In this document: piece by piece, positions 58,059 through 64,000 of the stretch
Layout: each line of letters begins with the position of its first letter
Position numbering within the stretch: position 1 is the stretch's first letter
Assembly: GCA_012295275.1 (NCBI GenBank)
Contig: CM022669.1
Span: 13,640,001 to 13,704,000 of the forward strand
DNA from: Chrysomallon squamiferum
Lineage: Eukaryota; Animalia; Mollusca
DNA length: 64,000 nucleotides
Direction of reading: 5' to 3'
Notes under the pieces: generated by a model
Database searches by the model: none
What the model was told of the DNA's origin: nothing
The model's input: the letters and a program-made list of their open reading frames with translations, nothing else
Made by a program: the position numbers and the translations under genes

Positions 58059-58390
58059 CAGGTACAGGACCAGTTATCCGGACTTCTTGAAGCCTGAGGC
58101 ATTCCGGATTTCTGGATTTTCCGGTTTTCTGGTACCAAGGCTACTAAATACGTAAATAATTAGGCATAAACATTTTAAAATTAAAAAATAAGAAGAAAAT
58201 TGACGATACACAACTGTGGCGACTCGACACGTAAACAATGCGGCGAGTGAATGAACGCCACGCGGCTTGAAAGAGTAGTTCCAGTCTGGTGAGGACAACA
58301 CCCGCGCGCGCGAACTATGAAAACAGCGTCGAGAAAAAAGTTTCTGGACTTGCCGGATTTCAGCACGCCGGATAATTGGTCCGGTACCTG
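58059..58390. mobile_element. Non-autonomous TIR element (MITE) with Tc1/mariner-type TA target duplication, 332 bp
   Basis: The left end CAGGTACAGGACCAGTTATCCGG matches the reverse complement of the right end CAGGTACCGGACCAATTATCCGG at 21 of 23 positions. TA flanks both sides, and there are subterminal CCGGA/CTGGA repeats. Confidence 0.85.
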
Positions 58391-58609
58391 TACATGGTCA
58401 GTGTTTTTGAACTGTCTCGCTGTAAATGTTTAGAAAAGATTGTTTTTATTTCAGAGCCTCAGTCTGTGAATGGACGAAAACGATTTAGTTTGTTGAGCTA
58501 GTCTCCCAGTGAGACTTTCACTAAAACAGTAATTCAGTGAAATATCACGTGTTCATTCAGTGAACTAGGTATATAGTTAATCTATTCAGTATTGTTATAT
58601 TAACCACAC

Positions 58610-58656
<47 letters not shown>

Positions 58657-58731
58657 AATAATAATCATAATCAATAATAATAATACTAATAATAAGAAGA
58701 AGACGAAGAAGAAGAAGAAGAAGGAGAACGA

Positions 58732-58767
<36 letters not shown>

Positions 58768-60192
58768 AAAAAAAGAAAGAAAAAGAAATGATAGAACGTT
58801 TTCTGTGCTTTGGGGAATAATTAACGAGCTGTAAACAAGTAAATTCCATCTAATCGATACAGCAAAGCTTCACCTCTTTCCACCACTGTTCTGCTCAGTA
58901 ATTAGTAACTCAATAGCTCTCTGTACTGTTACATTAATTACTACAGTTTTTGAAAAACAGTACTTCAAACGATGGTTCTATCTCCTGTGATCTGTTTTAA
59001 ACTTACTGGGATTAGCGTCCTATCTGTGTGTATAGCCTTACATTCAAATAAAACACACATTCACGCATATACACACACACACACACACATCATATATGTG
59101 TATTTGTATTACATGCATACAAACTCATACAGTTTCAACCAAAAACGTGTCTGTATATGTGTCATATTGTCCTATGTGTATGTGTATGTATACATATAAA
59201 ATTTAAAAAAAAAGTAGCTGTAGTAATATAAATAGTAATAATGTAGTAGTAGTAGTTGTTGTGATTATAGTAGTAGTAATACTACTAATAGAAATAGTAG
59301 CAATAGTAGTACATATAGAACTAACACTAGTAGTAAAACTAAAAGTTGTAGTAGTAGTAGCAATAGTAGCAGCAGCAGTTTTAGCTTAGCCAAAAAAAAA
59401 AAAAAAGAAAAAAAAGGAATAGCAAGCAAAAATAATATATAATGAATAATGACGTACGTACGTAGATAAAAGGAAATGGATAAATGTGACATATAATTTG
59501 TTAAGTACATGTTCAGGGTCACTCTGTTATAAATGTAGGGTATTTCAGTACACAAAACACATTTATCACATTCACGTTCTTGACTGTCATTAATTCGGCC
59601 TTTTCGGGTTCTAATACGGTACTACGTAATAAAATACTATTCCATTCGTTTTTTGTTTTGTTTTTTATGTTTGCCTGCAAGCATTTTATTGTATAATACC
59701 TTATACTAAAAAAAGAAATAAAAAATAAAAATATAAAGAAAAGAGAAGAAAAGAAAGAAAAAAAGACAGAAAGAAAAAGATTAATTTTTTTTTTTGTAGT
59801 GACGTACATTAGCGACTGAACTCATATAATATATCATAGTATTATACGTTAAAGTACACAAGTACGTAATTTAAACAAATGTAAACAAAAATAAGCAAAC
59901 AGATATAAAAAGATGTAATACAGGGATATTTCAAATAAATTAACCACCAAATTAATTAATAACAAATATATATATATATGTGTGTGTGTGTGTGTATACA
60001 CAAACACACATATATATACATAAGCACATACACACATACTCATACGCGCACACATAAACACACGCACACACATATATAAACACAATCACACACACATACA
60101 TACATACAGAATATAGTATTTGATATTAGTGCAGCGTTATCAAATTTATTTGAATAAATGGAAATAAAAAGAGGATTATTCTAAAGCAAAAC

Positions 60193-60275
<83 letters not shown>

Positions 60276-60326
60276 TAACAATAATAACAATAATAATAAT
60301 AACAATAACAATAATAATAATAATAA

Positions 60327-60357
<31 letters not shown>

Positions 60358-60370
60358 AAGAAGAAGAAGA
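60193..60370. repeat. Compound (AAT/AAC)n(AAG)n microsatellite
   Basis: Directly visible. Confidence 0.95.
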
Positions 60371-60403
60371 ATAACAACAACAGCAAACTAAAGTTAAACT
60401 TAC

Positions 60404-60437
60404 CTTTAACGAGCATTAAACGTGTACGTTCCTTCAT
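60404..60437 (-). CDS. Candidate upstream exon of the integrin beta-like gene (MKERTRLMLVK)
   Basis: An ATG and a strong AAG|gtaagt donor in phase 1 match the PSI exon, next to a CpG-rich patch. The peptide alone is not a convincing signal peptide. Confidence 0.45.
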
Positions 60438-61149
60438 TTCAGTGGTTCGGTGTATTCGTATCGCATCCTAAAACGCGTTGTCCGCCCTCGTATAAAAACA
60501 CGTTACACAAATACACCCCCTCTCTTGGCGTACCCAGGCAAGAAAACAACGGCTTCACGCATTCACGAAAGGAAGGGGGAAGTCGGCTTTGACACCGCCA
60601 AACCTTTTATTTGAAATTCATACCAATATACATATATATATATATACATATAGACACACGATTCGAAAACAGCTTTACATAAGTGTTAAATAATAGCAGA
60701 TTCTTCACTAATCCCTGTTTGAACGTCATAGTAAGGTGTCGCTCATTAAATTGCACTTTATCTGTTTCGGTCGTGAATTTTCGTTAGAACGATCTTCCGG
60801 GGGCTAGGGTAATTAATGATCTGCTGATAAACAAGGTTACACATGATATGAACATTATCGTCTTCGTTGGACGTAATCCCGTATTTGCTTAAGAGGCTGG
60901 TGGAATGAGAGTAGTCGTATCCTCTGTTTCCGCCTCACCCTATCATTCGTGAAAACAAACACGCCTGCCTTTTAGCTTTTCATTGCGTTCTGAATCGCGT
61001 TATGAATGGACAAGTGCAGGCTCTCTTTCTTTATAACCTCGGCTTTAGATTACGTGAAAGCTAAACATTTTCCTTTTCGGTTATGTTTTTTTTATTTTTT
61101 ATTTTTTTTATCAGTATTATCCTTCGTACATGTTTTATTATAATGAAAT

Positions 61150-61231
61150 ACTATTATTATACGTTTGCTGACATTCATTCAAAAATGAAAGAACTATTAT
61201 TATACGTTTGCTGACATTCATTCAAAAATGA
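61150..61231. repeat. Short tandem duplication (39 bp x2, period 43)
   Basis: ACTATTATTATACGTTTGCTGACATTCATTCAAAAATGA occurs twice. Confidence 0.9.
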
Positions 61232-61251
61232 TAGAGAATAGAGGTAGAGAG

Positions 61252-61295
<44 letters not shown>

Positions 61296-61923
61296 AAAGA
61301 GAGAAAGACTTAAGAGACAGATGGATTCAGAGAAACAGAGATACAAAAAAGAGAGGGAGAGGGACTGATAGAGGGGGGCAAGGGAGCGATGGAGGAGAGA
61401 GCAATGATTTTTATTTCACCATTCATATAAATTATGCAAATATTAACTGAAGGTTAATGCGGTGTCACTATGCAATTTGGAAGCTTTTCAGACAGTACAA
61501 TGGCAAAAAAAAAAAATAGAAGAAAAAAAAAGAAAAGCGATTATATTTGTAAAAGGAAATAGGCAGCACATGTAGTTATTAGTTAAGGTTATAATAAGAA
61601 ATTATTATGCTGGAAGGTAAATATGATCCTTAATCCTTTATTATTAGCCTTAAGCTAGAGAAAATTATTTATCAAGTAAAGATCAGCAGAGTGTGAAATA
61701 GAGACACACAACAGAGAGGCACATCTTTTCAAACACACAGAAATACTTCTAATTACATAACACTCCTCGTACAGCCATTACTACTTAGTTGTGCTGCTTT
61801 TAGAATTATTACACCTAATAATGTGATTATTATCATTAAAAAAACAACAACTATAATTTGTACCAGTATAAGCACTACTACTACTAACACCACTGCTACA
61901 GATACAATTAATAGTCATAATAT

Positions 61924-61956
<33 letters not shown>

Positions 61957-63350
61957 CAACAGTAGTAATTGATGGTGATGATGGTGGTGTTAGCAGTAGT
62001 AGTCGTAGAATAAAAATAACAACAATAACATGAAGGATTGAAAACAAGGTTTTTAGAAAAGGCAAAACTGTCATTAAGCAAATATTTTTTTTTTTTTTTT
62101 ATTTTTTTTTTTTTTTTTATTATTTTTATCTTTTTTTTATTTGTTTGTTTATTTATTTATTTATTTATTCATTCATTTTATTATCTTTTATTTTTTACTT
62201 TATTTTATTTTAATTTATTGTTTTTTTATATTTTATATTTTATGTTTTTTTTTAATCATAATAGTTTGTTTTGCATCATGTTTCATAGCAAGATTGGGTA
62301 ACAGCAGTGGCTTTACTTTTTTGTGTACACTTTATTATTTCCTAAAATCGTGTAGAACGGTGTCTCAAACACGTGTGTGTGTTTGCTTTTCATTTTATTT
62401 CTTAATGTGATAAGAGTCTGTGTTTTCTTTAAATGCAGTCCCTTTTGTGTTTTGATCTATAAAAATACGATTATGACGCTTTTTAAAAAAAAACATTCTT
62501 TTTTTTTTTCTTTTTTTTAAATTTTTTATTCAGGATGTCCCAAACACTGAAAATGTAGGTCATTGAATGAGACATGATAAAATGAACAACACACGAACAA
62601 TAACAAATGGATCTCATGATAAATAATTAAATAATTAATTGTTTAAATTAATAATTAACTGTGTTAACAAATTATAATTGTATTTAAACACTGCATAGTA
62701 ATTTCTTCTTATTTTTAATCGTTTCAAAGTTTCAAACATTTTCAAAAATAAATAAAATCCTGCACAAAAGGTATTTATTTATTACTTTAACAAAATCAGT
62801 AGTCATAATGGTTTGATCATCATTATCATCATCATGATAAACGGACTGTATTACTATAGTTCTTGTATTTTTTTCAATGGAAGAACCATTTGCTTTGTAA
62901 ATTAACGTCATAAATGTTGTTGTTGCCAATGCTTTTTTTTTATATTTGTTATTTTTATTTATTTATTTATTTATTTATTTATTATTATTATTATTATTTT
63001 TTTTTTTTTTGTCTGTCTGTCTGTTTGAATTTGTCCCTGGTTAGTACATCATCTCTAATTCTTACAATTAAGTTATTTTTCACGTAAACTAATTACATTA
63101 AACCACCTCTTTAACATCAGTTTTCGCTTTTGCCCTTTTCTTTTTGCAGGAAACTTCGTAAAGATTATTCGTGGAATTTGCACTGTCAGTCGACAACTGG
63201 CGTAATTCAGTGAAATTAGGCGTGAACCGAATGTGAGCATACGAGTACATATCTGTGAGCGTAAATGTATGTATGTATGTATGTATGAATGTATGTATGT
63301 GTGCCACACATTTTTATATACACATGAAATAATAAATGTACACAATAAAA

Positions 63351-63394
<44 letters not shown>

Positions 63395-64000
63395 TAGTTT
63401 GTGTTACTAATGTATGTAAGGATGCATGCATGTATATTCGTATGGATTGATCATTATATGTATATTCTTTCTTTCTGGATATTTCACTTGCTCCTACGCA
63501 GGCAAACACACACACACACCAAAATATACGTAAATTTATAAATAAATACGCTAACATCTGTTTCAGTAACAAAGTCTTTAGCAAATGAACTGTCACAGTC
63601 GAAACATTTCAGTGAAGATTATTATAACAGAAAATAATATATATTTATGCTAACTATACACGCGATTAAAGAAAATTTCATTTATACGAGATATATATAT
63701 ATTTTTTTGTATTTTAGTATGTGAATGGAAAAGACAAAACGTTACAGCGAACACGTAAGAAAGAAAAATGTAATCAACATACCTTCAGCACGAGGAGAAA
63801 TGGAAAGAAGAAACAAAAAAAAAATTCCTTCTGAACTTTCGGTACTTATTTTGAAATATGTGTTTAACACTGACGTCTGTAGACTGAACTAGACAGACAC
63901 ACAAACAACTGTGTTTACACAGTTACAAAGCTGAAAAAAAAAAAAAAAAAAAAAGCTGCATAACCTTTTTGTCGGAAATCATGAAACAATTCCGTAAATT

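Overview
AT-rich, microsatellite-dense animal genomic DNA (probably a lophotrochozoan such as a mollusc; this is inferred from composition and gene types). Most short ORFs in the track are translated microsatellites. Four genes were assembled by hand from GT-AG splice sites and exon phases. (1) A single-coding-exon class A peptide-receptor-like GPCR (10124-11266, +). (2) A 3-exon RING/B-box/coiled-coil TRIM protein with no C-terminal domain (23332-35211, +). (3) A 2-exon 373-aa protein I do not recognise, containing a conserved duplicated 14-aa motif (39849-41242, +). (4) A minus-strand integrin beta-like gene with at least 16 exons (43560-56198, 5' end unresolved). Gene 4 is the main finding. 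Its exons join in frame as PSI, hybrid, I-EGF1-4 and beta-tail domains, but the ligand-binding beta-I (vWA) domain is absent, the hybrid domain is strongly cationic, and the frame stops just before the transmembrane helix. This predicts a soluble integrin beta derivative lacking both head and anchor. Its introns hold several small TIR elements and a minisatellite.
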